A stretch of 62,661 nt of DNA, the filler included, from Choristocarpus tenellus KU-1152 (lineage: Eukaryota; Protista; Phaeophyceae): NCBI GenBank assembly GCA_964200185.2. It is 11 parts of 11 records of this genome, joined end to end, with 100 filler letters (N's around TTAATTAATTAA, not from the genome) between each part and the next. Parts side by side here need not be neighbours in the genome. Positions count along the whole stretch, not along the records: positions 24,883 to 28,650 come from CAXNAD020018036.1; positions 28,751 to 34,158 come from CAXNAD020010880.1; positions 34,259 to 41,611 come from CAXNAD020006287.1; 8 more parts are not named here. One strand, given 5' to 3'. A program made the translations under genes and the position numbers. The notes below the pieces were generated by a model. The model saw nothing but the letters and a program-made list of their open reading frames with translations, was not told the DNA's origin and ran no database searches. Shown here one piece after another: positions 24,883-38,925 of the stretch (its first letter is position 1; each line of letters opens with the position of its first letter).

Positions 24883-27800
24883 GTGTCCCAGTTTTACTGT
24901 TCCTCCTGATCCTGCATCCCATAAATTTGGTTACCTCACCCAAATTCACCATTGGGAACTTCTCATTTAGTCCCTCTATGATACGCACAGCATATCCAGT
25001 CCCTGATTCCGCAGCCATCAGCATATCATCCACATGAACAATCATGATCATCACAGTCTCACCATCCACAATCATCCTGAACAGACATGGATCTACCTCA
25101 GATTGTTCCAAGCCAAGCTCCAACAAAGCTTCCACGAGCAGAAAATTCCAGTTTCGAGAAGCCTGGACTATCCCATACAGGGACGTTTTTAGTAATCCCA
25201 CTGCTCCATCAAACTTTGCCTTTCCTTCAGGAAGTTCCACATGTATGGCTTCTTCCAAGTCAGTCTGAGTGAAAGCCTTCTTCCCATCATTGTGGATCAA
25301 CACATAATTCATCCTCTATACTAGAGCAAGTAACATGCGAAGAGAAGCATGCGTGGGTGTTGGTTAAAATGGCTCGAAGTGATCCTCCCCCTTCCTCTGC
25401 CTGAATCCCTGGACAACTAACCTGGCCTTGTACCTTTCCACTTCTCCATTAGCATCCACCTTCCTGGTAAACACCATCTTTGTCCCGAGTACCTTGTGAC
25501 CATCAGTGGGGCGAGGTACTTGAATCCACACTCCCCTGTTGTCCAGATCATCGACTTCATCATCAATGGCACCTTTCCACAAAGGCCACTCCTCAGACTC
25601 CATCGCTGGTGGCAAGAGATGAGGATGTGCAGGAACACCATAAAATATCTCAAACGGGGGCTTCCAGTGTGGATTAGCAGACGTGGGGGACAAGTTAGTT
25701 AGAGTGTTAGCCACGTTGTGCGCCTCAGTCACAATCCCAGTCGATCCCCCAGACCAGCTGCATACATCATGACCATATAAATCATTTTCCGCAGTCAGGG
25801 CAAGAGCCCTTTCCACCTTCCCATTGAGTTGAGGAGTTCCAGGCACAGTATACTCATGCCGGATCTTATGTTCATCGAGTACATCCTCAAAGTCAACATT
25901 ATTGAACTCCGTCCCCTCGTCAGTCCTCACACACCCAATGCTTATCTCCACTTCAGCCACATCCCTGATGAAAGCCTGAAATACCTTGGCAGTCTCATCC
26001 TTCGATCTCAGAAACCGTAACAATCCCATCCCCGTCTTGTCGCAGACCATGAGCATCTCATATAAAATCCGCCCGGGCTGCCCACCCATGGCTTGGGTCC
26101 ACTGAGATCTATGAACACCCTCCCCAAGCGCTTCCCTGATCTGCACGACGTCACCTTTGGTACTGGTTTGCAGTGAGCCTTCCCAACAGCTCACCCCTTG
26201 CAGTACTACTGCCACTCTCCAGTGAGATTGATCCCACGTTCCTTGGTGTACCTGCGTACCATTGCCTCATGACAATGACCCAGCTGATGATGCAATTGAT
26301 GTATGCCCATACTCCTAGTGGGTCTCATTCCCCCACTCAGCACCCATGGGGCAGTGACAAATGCTCCAGCCCCACCCCGGGCGAGCTCATCAAATGTCAC
26401 AACCTCCTCCTCTGACCTTACTTGGGCTCCAGTAGATCCCTCCAGATCAACACGTACTTCAGCCACTTCTGAGGGAGGCCTTTCCTCCTCAATAGTCCCC
26501 CCTGGGTCGATGGCATCTCCTGAAACCCCCTCAAAGGTATTCACTCCTATCCCTGCAACAACCTCCTCTGACATTCCAGTCTCCTCAGATTTTCCACCTG
26601 TGGCGGTATCTCCTCCAGCCCTTGTCAGGGCAAGTGTGTCTGTTCCCGCCTCNNNNNNNNNNACTTCAGGTGGTTGTCTTGAGGGCAGGTCAGGAATTGT
26701 CAACAAGCTTCTTCGATTAGCTTTCAATGTAAACAATCCATAATTCTTCCCACCTGTCTTCATAAATTCCAATCCAGGTCCTCCAGAAGAAGGGGTTAGT
26801 CGCAGAGAACTTCCCCTTTCCAATATAATTCTCCCCCTGATTGTTTCCCGGCTTGTATCATTGAGAAGAGATTAAATTTTAACCCAGGAACAAATGACAC
26901 ATTGTGCAAGATGAAGTTTGAAACTTCTCCATTCTGTACACAAGATAGTGACAAATTACCTATGGCTGAAACTTGTAGATCCTTTCCATCCCCAACAGTC
27001 ACCGATGTCCCTACCACAGGTTTTGGATCCGTCAGAGCAGTAGGGTTGTTTGTCATATGAGCCGAAGACCCACTGTCAAAGAAACAAAGTTCATCCACTT
27101 CCACAAAACTTCCATCATTGCTCACCGATGAGAATCCTCTAAGTTGAACTGGTGTGCCGTTTGCTTTGTGTTCACCATCACCAGCTTCACCAGTGTTGCT
27201 TGCGTTGCCACTCCCCTTCCCTTTACCAGCCTTCTTCTTCCTTCAAGGAGTTTGTCCAGACAATCATTGACCCAATTCTCCCAAATCACCAGCGCGCTTG
27301 GGACAACAGTAAGCCTTATGTCCTTTGGCTCCACAGACATAAAAAGAACCTGTCTAAGATCCAGAACGGGACGAAACAACAGTGGGACAAGAAGATTAAA
27401 AGTGTTGTCCTCCACACTGCCAGCACTCCACACGTCTTGACTGCCAATCCTTCTGAAAACCAGCAGTTCCATTTCTCGAACGGGGACCTCCAACCATCAA
27501 GGCACCACCATTCTTTCCCATCCGTTGTTTAAGCTGTCGTTTACGAAGTTGATACGAGTCAAACTACCTCAGAGGGTAGATCAGCGTCCATTTGGGGGCC
27601 AATATCCGATGTTGATATTTTGATGTAATTTTGGCTATCATATTTGTTAGGAAGTGTTAATATCCTTGTTCCCGATACACATTTTCGTAACGTGTACTTT
27701 TTGCTTACTCCAAACTATTTCGGATTAGGTAAAATGTCACTAAAAACCCATGGGAAGTCAAGCTCCAAATCGATAAACAGGGCAAACCTCGCACCCTCTA

Positions 27801-28650
27801 AGATACTTTCAATCTACATTTCGCAAACTCGTTATAAATCTATCCTAGTTGCCCGACCACATCCTGTGACCTGTCGAATCTCAATAAAATATTCGTCGGT
27901 CAAGCAATTGTGCATGGCACTCAATTGATCCTCATCACTCGGTTCATCATCCAGGGATCCAATTTTCTTCACAATGCTGTCCAGCTCCATGATCACTATG
28001 GACAGGTCCTAGTCCTCTCCAGCAGGTAAACGTAACGAACTAAGCTTCGATCTCATGGTTGCCCTTTCAGTGATACCACTTCTCCTAAAGTGGTTCCTTA
28101 AAGCTTGGAAAGCTTCGGAAGGACTGTCGTGGTTGCTCGCCACTTGTTCCGCCATCCCATCCAAAGCCATCACCAGAGCAGCTATCGCCATACTCACCTT
28201 TCCGATTTCTCGTTTGGACCATCTTGAATCGTTGAAGGAATCACTGCTGATTCTGATGTGATCATCACAAAACAACATATCCTTCCAGCCGCCCATGGCA
28301 GTACATGAAAGGAATTTCCGCTCAAACATGGCAAATCCATCACCATCATCATCGCCACCATAGACCTTAAACTATGATGGTGGTGGAATCAGTCGTCTTA
28401 ATCTCCGTCCAGTTGGTACCCCCTATTGCACGGTTCTGCTAACCGCCTCTCCGTCTTCATCCTCCACAGACTCGACTACCTCTCCACCTTCTTCAACTGG
28501 TGTTGCAGGTGTCGTGTCTCCATACTCCGCTCTTCTTAAAGTACGTCTTCTGTAACCAACGGCCTCCTCCATCGGGACTCCCCCTCAAATCGATTTAACG
28601 CTAGCCTTGAGAACTTAGCACACTTCAATAAGTAATGCTAGCTAGAATGA
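24883..28650 (-). mobile_element. Ty1/Copia LTR retrotransposon, decayed (gag, protease, integrase, RT)
   Basis: gag-like ORF 28009-28329; protease FFDSGSSAHMT; pre-integrase HHQLGHCHE; integrase VRTDEGTEF...PQLNGKVER; RT YKARLVVQGFRQ, LKTSLYGIVQASRNW, IVHVDDML. Copia domain order; frameshifts, stops and a MITE insertion; LTRs not in contig. Confidence 0.93.
27556..27814 (-). mobile_element. MITE family A copy nested in Copia gag region
   Basis: Family A TIRs and interior in reverse; flanks TAC/TAC. Confidence 0.85.
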
Positions 28651-29402
28651 NNNNNNNNNNNNNNNNNNNNNNNNNNNNNNNNNNNNNNNNNNNNTTAATT
28701 AATTAANNNNNNNNNNNNNNNNNNNNNNNNNNNNNNNNNNNNNNNNNNNNGTCGTTGGATTTGAGTTGTACATCCTGGAAGGTGAGCATTGAGGGGCGCC
28801 TGTAACACCTCCGCGGCCAGGCCTCTTAACCTCTTACTCCTCTCTTATTCGCCATCCAGAGACTCCTTGCATGGGCCGTTGATAAGTTGAGATTTGGTTT
28901 GGTTCTTCTCAAAAAAGGTCTGGATAGATAGGTTTGTGCGTCTATTCCTCTTCTGTTCGACAACCAAGTCTAAACTTGGACCGTGATCAGGACTTATAAA
29001 AGGGACCCCTGACTTACGGTCACCAAGAAGTGAGTATTTACAAATAGGTGTGTCAAGAAGTGGACTGAGCGATACCTGAATCCAGGTAGTAATTGTGTTA
29101 ATATGTGAGGAATTAAATTTCAGTTGAGAGAACGAAATTAAAAAAAGAAAAGAAAAATATTTTGGCCTGCACTAATGTTGTAGTGGTATCTAACAACACG
29201 CGAAGAAACACCTGAATTGGTCAAGTAACAGGAATGCACGGTTTTGACCTACGGTGTGATCATGGTTTCAGAAACCCACCTTTAATGATCCCACCTCATT
29301 TTTCTGAAGGTTAGATCAATAGAAGTGTCGAAATCTACCCTGAGGAATCGCACATCTTTGTGTTCGTAACTTCATTTCTTTTGGATGTTGTTTTCCTTTG
29401 AC

Positions 29403-30587
29403 ATGCCAGGCGTCCGAAGAAAACATTGGTTACACAGAGACAAGCTTAAGGATCGTCCTCCAACAGAGGATTTTCATAGCATTCTTGAACCCATGTTACA
29501 TATAGAGCCATTGGCAAGTGCGAGCCAGTCGCACCCTTGTGAATTGGCATGTTCAACGCAGCACTTCGCTGTGTGTGGGGATTGGATGGTCTCTAGAACT
29601 GATTCTCTAAGGGAAGAAAATTGGATCAGTTCAACTCCATGCTGTAGCTCTAGTAAGGAGGTCACTGGTGAGGAGAATGACTGGAAGGATAAGGAAAGCA
29701 ACTGTTGGCTGAGCGACGAGGAGAACGACGAGGGATTTAGCTTCGTCATGTCATCGGCCTGGGCAGAGCGTTTTCGCAACTCGAAACCTGTACAGCGATG
29801 TTGTAAGTGGAAGTGTGGTGGCTACTCCTAGAGAGCTCTAATTGTCGAGACTTGCTCAGCTTTGTGTTGGCATGTTCCATAATGCTAACGATGGTGGTTG
29901 TGTATCAACAACATGCAGTCTCTCATTGACTTACCGTCAACTTTCTCCCTCACCCATTTGCTACACGACTCTATGGATGCACTGTAAACTCAGTGCGACG
30001 GCTTGGAGGCAAGAACCGAAAGCATCCTGGAGGTGATAACTGATTTTACACGCTTTGCGTTGAGCATGGAGGGAATTGGTATCTACGTAACTTAGAAGAA
30101 ACCACTGGGCCCTATCATGAAGGGGTGCTGTTTTTGGCAAGCAACATGAGTGCACTCGCACACTATTGGGCTGTTGGTTTAAACTGCTACCTAGTTCTGC
30201 TGGATCTTGGGAGATGTTACTCAATAGTGTTGTCTTGCTAAGGAAGGCTTCATTGTGGTGGATTGCCATAGATCAAAGCGCTTCAAGATATGCCACCATA
30301 CAGTATATTACCACTCCTCCTTTCTATGAATTTCCAACACAGTAATCTCTATCTGTCCTTCTGCCCCACGCTTCTTTAAATCTTCCCTATCCTGCCTGAC
30401 AACCCTATGCCTTGTCTAGAACGAGATGGAAAGAGTGGAGGCAATGGCAAGAAAAAGGGCCGAGGGGCCCAGAGTCACACAGAGGACACTGATTTGATAT
30501 GCATCGTGAAACCCAAGCCCCTGCATCAGTGCAGTGAAGGGGAGCAGGGAGAGAGAATATTTCGTCAGCTGGAGCAGGATGCAGTAC
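29403..30587 (+). CDS. Hypothetical protein, partial exon structure
   Basis: ORF MPGVRRKHWLHRDK...SDEENDEGFSFVMSSAWAERFRNSK, and a later coding-like segment ERDGKSGG...IFRQLEQDAVR ending at a gtatgc donor; no family recognised. Confidence 0.45.
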
Positions 30588-31944
30588 GGTATGCATGCCA
30601 GCACCGACATAGCACACGGGAAGGTTTTAGGAAATGACATACAAAATATTCTTCTTGATACTGGTACTTACCGTATCAGGTTATATGTGCACTGCACTGA
30701 TGTGTTCGAATGTGTTATTTCAGACAGTGCAAATGCAACGAAATTTCCATTTTGATCTGGCTGCATACTAGTGCAAGGACTTAATTTAATCATGGTTCCA
30801 AGTTATATACTGTACACATTTCACTGCTGGATTACAGACTACCTCCTCTTCAAGTTTAGTACTAACTCTGAAGAACCTTTTCCTGCCTCAATAGATAAGG
30901 ACAAAAAATTAAACACGTGCCTTAATCACTCAGATTACAGTATCATCCGTCACTTACTAAGTCACTGACTAACTTCTCCCCCCTCAAGTGTTGAGCTCCA
31001 TATACAGAATTGAATTCATCTACAATGTATGGAGACATTTTCAGGTGTCACCACATGACCCCATTTAGTGTGCATCGACAAGTTAATCACAAATGTTTAG
31101 CATGAGCTACCAACAGGGGGAAAACATGCTGTCAAGAAAAGAGTACAATGCCATGCAGGAATACAATAACTGCGTTCACTCATGCTCTCCAGGACAAACA
31201 ATGAACAGAGAACGCCTGCCATACTTTGTACATGTGTCAGGGGTATATCCACAGCCATACACAAAGTAGTATGTAGCAATATTCCTTTACTTTATGTGTG
31301 TATGTCTCTTCAAAACAGTCTGAAGGTCAAAATAGTTGAATTTTTGTCACTCTCCTTTGCTTTTGAAAGCACAGGATACTGTTGATGACTACCAGGGCTG
31401 TCATGACCACAAAGAAAGAGCACATCATCTTTACCATGTTCAAAAATAAAATCCAACATTTCATTCTTAACAACTAAATGATCGTTTCTGTGGTCACAGC
31501 TTTCAAACAAGTAAAAATGAAAATAAAAATTGCTAAAAATGAAAAAAAAGTGAGGAACAGCCCCAATGTATCTGCACTGGCTCAGACTGGAAAACAATAT
31601 TTTCAACAGAAACACCTGGTAGGCATAGCCAGTACTATATTGCACAATAATTACAAACATAAATAGAGAAACGTGGCACCTAAAGAAGCAATGAATCTGG
31701 AATGTATTTTTACATTCTAAAAGTTATCATTGTTCTCATGTGAATTTTGATGAAAAACACAAAATGTGTACCTGCCATCTTAAAAGAACAGTCCCAAGTA
31801 CTAAAAGCAATACCCCTCCAAAACTGACACACACTCTCTCTTGCTTGAAACGAAATATACACACAATCCATGCACAAAATTAGTGTGCAACCTGAATGTA
31901 TTTTTTTAATGAAAGACAGGGCAGTTCTGTTTAAAACAAATGTT

Positions 31945-33922
31945 TCAGGTTTCGAATCTGATCTGGTCCTCCTCCTCCTCACTGGGGGGCTTGACCACAG
32001 TGAAAGCCATAGATTCAGATTCTTCATGCTGACTTCCTGCCCGGTACAGCTGGAGACCAATGATGATCACAACAAGACTTGCCATTGTGAATACATTTAC
32101 ATCTTCATGTGCCCATTTCTGACAAGAAAACAAGTTTTTGAGGTATGGAAAAGGCGATTCAGCTCAAGCAAAAGCTGAAGATATTTCACACATAATCAGT
32201 ATGGTTAAGATCAGTTCATGTGGAGATACAGAGGGTATAGATACACTACTGAAGGACTATGCTGACTGTGCAGAGTCATCCTGATCATGGTCATGTACAA
32301 AGTTGGGGGTCACGTACATGCCATCCTTCCCCCACATGTATTCATTTTCCAAAAAGACAAAATTATGAATTGCTGTTAGCACTTTACTCATGGTTATGGC
32401 AATTTTGTTGCAAGAAGTTGAATACATTCATTCACCTCACACCTTCATGTATGTAAGCATACATTTTGCACGATCAGGTATAGAGCGCACATTCTCTTAC
32501 TTTAACACTACTAGGGCTCCTACAAACCGGCTCCAAAAAAGGGACATCCTATGCATTTTTTTTTGTGTTCTACTGAGAAATCAAACCTACCATTTAATAG
32601 TAGCAACATATTTTCTTGTTCCCTATGTATGTACTTGAGAACTATGCAATGACAGCATGGTTTCAGCTGAAAGATGGAGTTTAGTGAGGCTTGGGTGGGT
32701 TGATTCACCTGTTTCTGGTACAAGGCAAGTGCCAAGAATGCTGTGGGCACTGACAGCGTCATGGTGTGATAGTAAGCTGCAGTAGACCTGCTAGACAGTT
32801 ATTCAGTTATTCACAAGTTAGAGCTGGTGTTAGCACGGGAAGAGGGGGGCGGTCGGTGCCTAATGCTTGAATAGATACAAGTAGAAGTAACCCCACACCT
32901 TGTAAGGGAAGTAAAAAGGGGGCTTGGTCATTTGCGGAGTTCACAGATAAGGAAATAAAAAATATTTTCCATGTACTTACTCGGCAGCATCCACCACTTT
33001 CTGCACAAAGTGGCTGACAAGGAGGGTGGCCATAACATATGCCATAACCAGAGGAAGACCACCCTCACACTGTGCTTCCAGGGGGTACCTGAACTTGACG
33101 GGGCAGTGACACAAATATATTTAGTGTAGTTTAGTGAGTTCTGGAAGACTTTTACCATGGTTTGCTTAAGAGAGGGATATACACTCTGAAATACCCTGTA
33201 CTCCAAACTGTACAAAAACAGACTCCCAGCATGAGAAAATCTTGTAGGGTTAGGAGGACCAAGTAGGGGTAGGAGACGTCACTTGAGGATGAAGCTTTTC
33301 TAGAATATAGTCAATGGGTTAGTTTTTTCTATCAGTCAAGATTTATAGCACATTGTGTTTTCTGATTATGCATGCAGTATAGGATTGACTGGCCAACTCT
33401 CTCTTACAAAGTTACCTACTTGGTGGCAGACCTTCAGCTGCCCTCCATTTCCAGGGCAATAGTAACAATCTGTTACTCATGATAACAAGCCTCGCCAGTC
33501 AGCCTTTATTGTGGCATTTGAGATAATGAAACTCATCTTTGTGTTTCATTCCTTTTTTGCCAGGTTATCTGCCTAAAATACCACAACTAAACAAGCTTCA
33601 ATTGAACCCTTTCTACATCAACGGAACAATTGGATCAAAAAAGGAAAAAAAACCTGGTGCACACTATTGTATTAAAGAGGTGATCAAGGACAATGGACAT
33701 AAACCAAACACTAAATATGTGCAGGGTACCAACCACAACAAAGCTCTTTCAAGGACACAATCCAAGGACAACAATGGGAGGGCAGCATGATCAGATTTCA
33801 AGGTATGTAGTGGGAACAAGCCTGTTTGGGTCTTCTACTGGCTTCATGAGCAACCAGCATCGCCAACCTTCCTGCAGACTTGATCCCAACAAGGACTTCA
33901 TGAAATGATGGTACCCCAAGTT
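31945..33922 (-). CDS. CRT-like (chloroquine-resistance transporter family, DMT superfamily) membrane protein, 3' exons
   Basis: In-phase exons 33922-33822, 33088-32981, 32787-32709 and final exon ~32118-31945: LQEGWRCW...AQCEGGLPLVMAYVMATLLV...STAAYYHTMTLSVPTAFLAL...SLVVIIIGLQLYR; pattern matches the CRT C-terminal TM region. Confidence 0.7.
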
Positions 33923-34137
33923 CTGGAGGTAAGAAGGGGAGAAATGTGCTGTGTGGTTACTCTCTGTCCAAGCACAAACTAAAAAAAATAGCTACATCAG
34001 AAGTCTATCATCTCCTTCAACACAGAAACAACTTGCATGCATCTATTCTGAACAAATCACTCACATACGCAAGATCGCAACAGCTCTTTCAGTCTACATA
34101 CTGTTTGGGCAGCAACATATCACCACCCTGCCCTCCT

Positions 34138-34158
34138 GGGTCAAAGTATCTTGGGGGG
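34138..34158 (+). mobile_element. MITE family B terminus at contig end
   Basis: GGGTCAAAGTATCTTGGGGGG. Confidence 0.6.
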
Positions 34159-36749
34159 NNNNNNNNNNNNNNNNNNNNNNNNNNNNNNNNNNNNNNNNNN
34201 NNTTAATTAATTAANNNNNNNNNNNNNNNNNNNNNNNNNNNNNNNNNNNNNNNNNNNNAAAAGTAACATGAATATCATGATGTTCAAGATAGGTAACCTT
34301 CAGGGTATACCTTCAGAGGAATGTGGCTCTCACATGTATGATAAATTCATTTAGTGATGGTACAAACACTTACGTATGTGGAACGTATCGTTCTTGAAGA
34401 ATAATGGTGCGTGGACATGATGCCACACGAAAATCCAAATAATAACCAAAATCGGTGGGAGTATCTAGTTGGTCAAGGCAACGCCTTCGTTAATATTATG
34501 TGCGAAACCGACATTGAAGTATTCCTTGTATTGGGACTTTCGAATCCAATCAAGGGGAGGGGCTATGAGATCGGCTGAGACAAACACGACGCAATTTTCT
34601 TTTTCGATTGCCCTGAAAACCACAAAGGCCGTTCCGGTTCCTACTATCTTGAAGCGAGAGCTCTCCAACGAATATGCCATACGGTACCTCGAGCACGTGC
34701 GTGTTTACCCTACTCGAGGAGTACCGATGGCCTTGTAGCCCTCCTTCCCTTTAAAAAACGATATATATATATATATGGTGTTTAGGTACCGAACTGATGG
34801 GGCATCGACCTTTGCTTGTTCCTCCTGTACTTTTTCACATCATGCCATATATGCATCAATATATCATGTGGATGTTCGATGTGATGGACAATCTTGGGCG
34901 TAAGGCCACGGTGTTTCATGCTCTCGAGAAGAAGCTCAAATGCTTATCACTTTTGGCTTCTTTTCCACACACAGATGTGTAGTTCAGAAATCGCATCTCC
35001 CCTGATCACCACACCTCTCAGATCGGAGCAACCCCTACCATGGAGAACTGCCGTCTTATCTTGGAAAATATGCCGCTTGAAAAATGCACAATTACTACCA
35101 ACTTGAGGAGCAGGGGATGCCTCACGGATGCGGTTTTCATCCAACCTCATAGTTCGAGTGGGCAAACAGCTGAGTCGACGACTACAACACCATCCGCATC
35201 CGTGACCTCTGAAAACTTCCCAAGTGGCTCGCAGGTGTGTGGTATTTTATGACTAGGCAGCAAAATATGTACCATCCTCTCCCTACTCACTGTCGACCAC
35301 ATAACTTTACATAAATTTACAAATTATGCCATCAAGTAGAAGTGTAGAGTAAACCACTCAATGCAAGGGAATACCATTGTGTATAAACAACAACAAAATC
35401 TGCTCCAGATTCTTAGAGATGCGGTCGGTTCTATAATCGACTCTATAAGTCTTCTTGCTGAAGTCATGGGCCTCACCTCCGCCTCAATTCCTTACACAGA
35501 TTGTGCTTTGCACTTGAAAACAACTACAGCAGTACTGTGGTTAAAGTGTACAAAAATGACGGCACAACAAAATGAAATCTTTAGTATCACCTCAGGCACA
35601 AATATGACGATGTGTGCAAAGTTAGTCTCACATTGCCCCTGGATGAGGTGTTTCATATTTGTTCATATTGGGAAAAGGGGATATCAACACGGTGAGTTTG
35701 CCAATCCGAAGGATTCAGTGTTCAAGCCACAGTGCATCAATGTTTCGCAGAAGATCTCTATATTATACGCTGTAGAGCTTAGCTCTAGATACAGTCATGT
35801 AGAGAGTCAGTCTTCAACTCTGGTTGAATAGTCATTACTTGAAGTCAAAATGTAGTCCCTTGTGAGTTTTCCCAGAAAGTCACATGGTCATGTCATTATC
35901 TTCTACTGCTACTGCTACTGCTACAGTGCGCCTATTGCTCGAACAATTTGAAACAAACTGGAAACGCGAGGTGGTCCTCTGTGGTAGAAAGAGTTGGGAG
36001 GTGCAGAATGCCAGGCAATAAGCAACATTTGAAGTACATCATCATGTGAGCACTCTTCTAGTGCAAGAGTTCTAACGGTGGATGGAGTCCATCATGAGGA
36101 TGAGATTCAAGTCCAACGTTTCAGACATTTATGCCTGAAACATTTCTCGATATTATTCCTCCATAGCATACGGTATCATTGCTCTGTTTGCTGCTCAAAT
36201 CCTCCCACACTTCTTCCGGAGTGTGTTGCTACTAGACGTCCTCCTTTCTGACTGACCTCTCTTCTGCTCTGCTGCTCCTTGGTCTTTGCCATCCACCCAT
36301 CATTGGGCTTCAAGGTAGATAGGAGTGAGGAGAAAGTGACCTCCTCCACCAAACTTGACTTGAGTACTAAAGCTAGAAGAAGGACAAGGAATAACCCGAG
36401 GGTGAAACAACGTCAGCAAGGCATCTCTCAGATGGGGCGGGCAAGCCCCCACAAGGTGAACTGGCCAGTGGAGGGTTGTTTGTAGTCATGAATAGAGGCG
36501 AGGGCCCACTAATCTCACCCCTTGCTTGATCTGTGGAAGTAGACCCTTCACTGCTCCGTAAAAATGAACTTTCAGGGAAAAGAGAGGCACAAAAACTCAC
36601 AGTCCTCCCTGCATTTTAGGGAAGAGATCAGAAATCCACTCACAAGCAATACACCGCTGATGATCGGACCACAAGTATGTCTACATGCAGCGCATCTCTG
36701 CACCCCAAGTTGATTGGCCCAACCATGGTCGGCCGGTTGTGTTCCTAAG

Positions 36750-36930
36750 GGCTCAGAGTATATCTATGGGGGGGTAGTGGCTGTCCATTTGGGGTCCATT
36801 TTTCCATATCGCGATTTTTTGGGTGATTTGGTTGCATGTGTCGGATGGATAATGTAAATATACTTTTCCTGGTCAGGGCTCGAATGGACACCCTGGTGTA
36901 GAATCCCCCCCCCCTCAGATACTTTGAGCC
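36750..36930 (-). mobile_element. MITE family B, full copy
   Basis: Reverse complement of the 18965 copy; ends AGATACTTTGAGCC; flanks TAAG/TGAG. Confidence 0.85.
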
Positions 36931-37381
36931 TGAGAGTCAGTTCCATTTTGCCTACGTGAGAGGATCAACAGTGTTACTTTGATGGTCTACTGACATTTCC
37001 AGCGGGTTGAATCAACAGTTGCAAGAACTGTCACTATTTGTACACTGGTTGGGGGTTATGGCTGGAGTGGTCTCGCATGGGCTGTATGTGATGATGCTGA
37101 GTGAACCAAAACAAGAAGGCGTGCTGTGTGTGTGGAAGAACAAAAAAAGGTATACTTATCACTTTTTAAAAAATAGAGGCATCTGGGTGCATACAGTGAG
37201 GGGGGTGCTTTCCCATGACGGACTGATGGCTGTTTTCAGGTAACTGCCAAAAAGTAAACTCATGATACTGGTGTAGTGGGGGATTTCTCTGTGTTTGTGG
37301 AATTTGTTGCAACGGGATGTTGACATGAAGAGGGCAAAAATTAGCCAATCGTGAACAGGAGATAGTGTCCTCCTTTTTTTA

Positions 37382-37645
37382 GAGCCAGAGTATCTTAGAG
37401 GGTAGAGTCGCGTCCATTTGGGGGTCACAATCCAATGTTGCGATTTTTATGTAATTTTGGCTAGTGTTTTTGATAGGAAGTGTCAATATCCTTGTTGCGG
37501 ACACACCTTTCATAATGTACACATTTTACCTACTCCGAAATGTTTTGGAGTAGGAAAATGTCAGCAAAAAACTCGTGGGAAGCCAAAAGACCCAAACGGA
37601 CAAACAGGGCAAAACTCGTACCCTAACCCTAAGACACTTTCACTC
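37382..37645 (-). mobile_element. MITE family A, full copy with CCCTAA insertion in one end
   Basis: GAGCCAGAGTATCTTAGAGGGTA ... TACCCTAACCCTAAGACACTTTCACTC; no exact TSD. Confidence 0.88.
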
Positions 37646-38660
37646 TCATTTACCTCTCTGCCTTTACCTCAATGGAGCTGATAGTGGTCATCTTACCACC
37701 TGGTAGAAGCCCAGCTCGTGTCAGTACAGACTATCCACCCGTGTCTACCCACTTAGCCTTGCTGGCGTGTAGGGGTGAAACCAATAAGTCATTGCAGATA
37801 GGCCAAAAATGCAAGTCCCAAACCCTCAACAATAGGAAAGGTCTTTATGAAACAGTAGGAAAGCCTTTATCTGGGAATATGAATACCTGCTATGTACATT
37901 GGATATCACAAAGTATATATTTTGTATTTATCAATTCGAACGTATGCAATTAAATGGCGTTCGATTTGGGCTCTGATGTCAAAAAGAAGTTCACGATAAA
38001 GTTGAGAATGAGGGTTCAAGGTATGTGAATGGGAAACACAATGCCAATATAGGGACCTAAGCGTCAAATTGAGCCAGCATGACACAGGCACCTTCCCCTA
38101 CCCCTCCCCAACCTTACTGTTACTCCGAGTGTCGATGTACAGGCAACAAAGGAAGGCATGGGGGTTCGAAATGACTTTGAAATGATAAGTTTTGTCCCGT
38201 ACTTCTACTAATACCCTTCATTGTATTTGAACTCGAAAAACACGAAATGATACTACGGTTGAACCAACTGAGATGGTCGACAGGGTTTCATTCCAAGGAT
38301 GCCGCTTTTCTTACGATTGCAAAAAGAGCCTTTGCTGAATTGTGGTGTTGTCACTCTGTGTGTGGATTAGGGGAAATATCAATTCTGTGTACACAATTGT
38401 CCACACCAATCACAAATGAAAATATTAGTAGATACTAGGAAGCATTGGGTGGGGGGTAAGAAAGATGGCCTTAGAATTGCGCAAGGTTCCAAATCTGTCC
38501 ACCTCTCAGTTGGTTTGGCTCGCTAGTCAACCTCCGTGTCTTCCAAAAAAATTGTTTGCAATAACCTGCCGTATCATAGGGGCCCGGTAACGATGTCAAC
38601 CTGCCCTAGCGAGTTAGAACTGTCATGGGATTCCAGATGTCCTGGCCTTCCCCAATGATG

Positions 38661-38925
38661 GACCCAAAGCATTTAAGGGGGTAGGCAGGGGTTTTGTTCC
38701 GTTTGTTCGTTTGGGGCTTGGCTTCCTACGGTTTTTTTTATGCCCCTTTTCCAGTCTTCGGTGTGAACACAGCTACCTGAAATGTATACGACTTTGAAAG
38801 GTGCGTCCGGAGCAAGGATGTTGGCACTTGCTAACAAACACAACGGTCAAAATTTCATCGAAATCGCAACATTGGTTTTTGAACCCCAAACGGACGCGGC
38901 CGTACCCTCTCAAATGACTAGATTC
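38661..38925 (+). mobile_element. MITE family A, diverged subfamily copy
   Basis: Shares TTTGGGGCTTGGCTTCC, AATCGCAACATTGG and CCCCAAACGGACGCGGCCGTACCCTCT; carries a GTGTGAACA segment also in 39363 copy. Confidence 0.7.
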
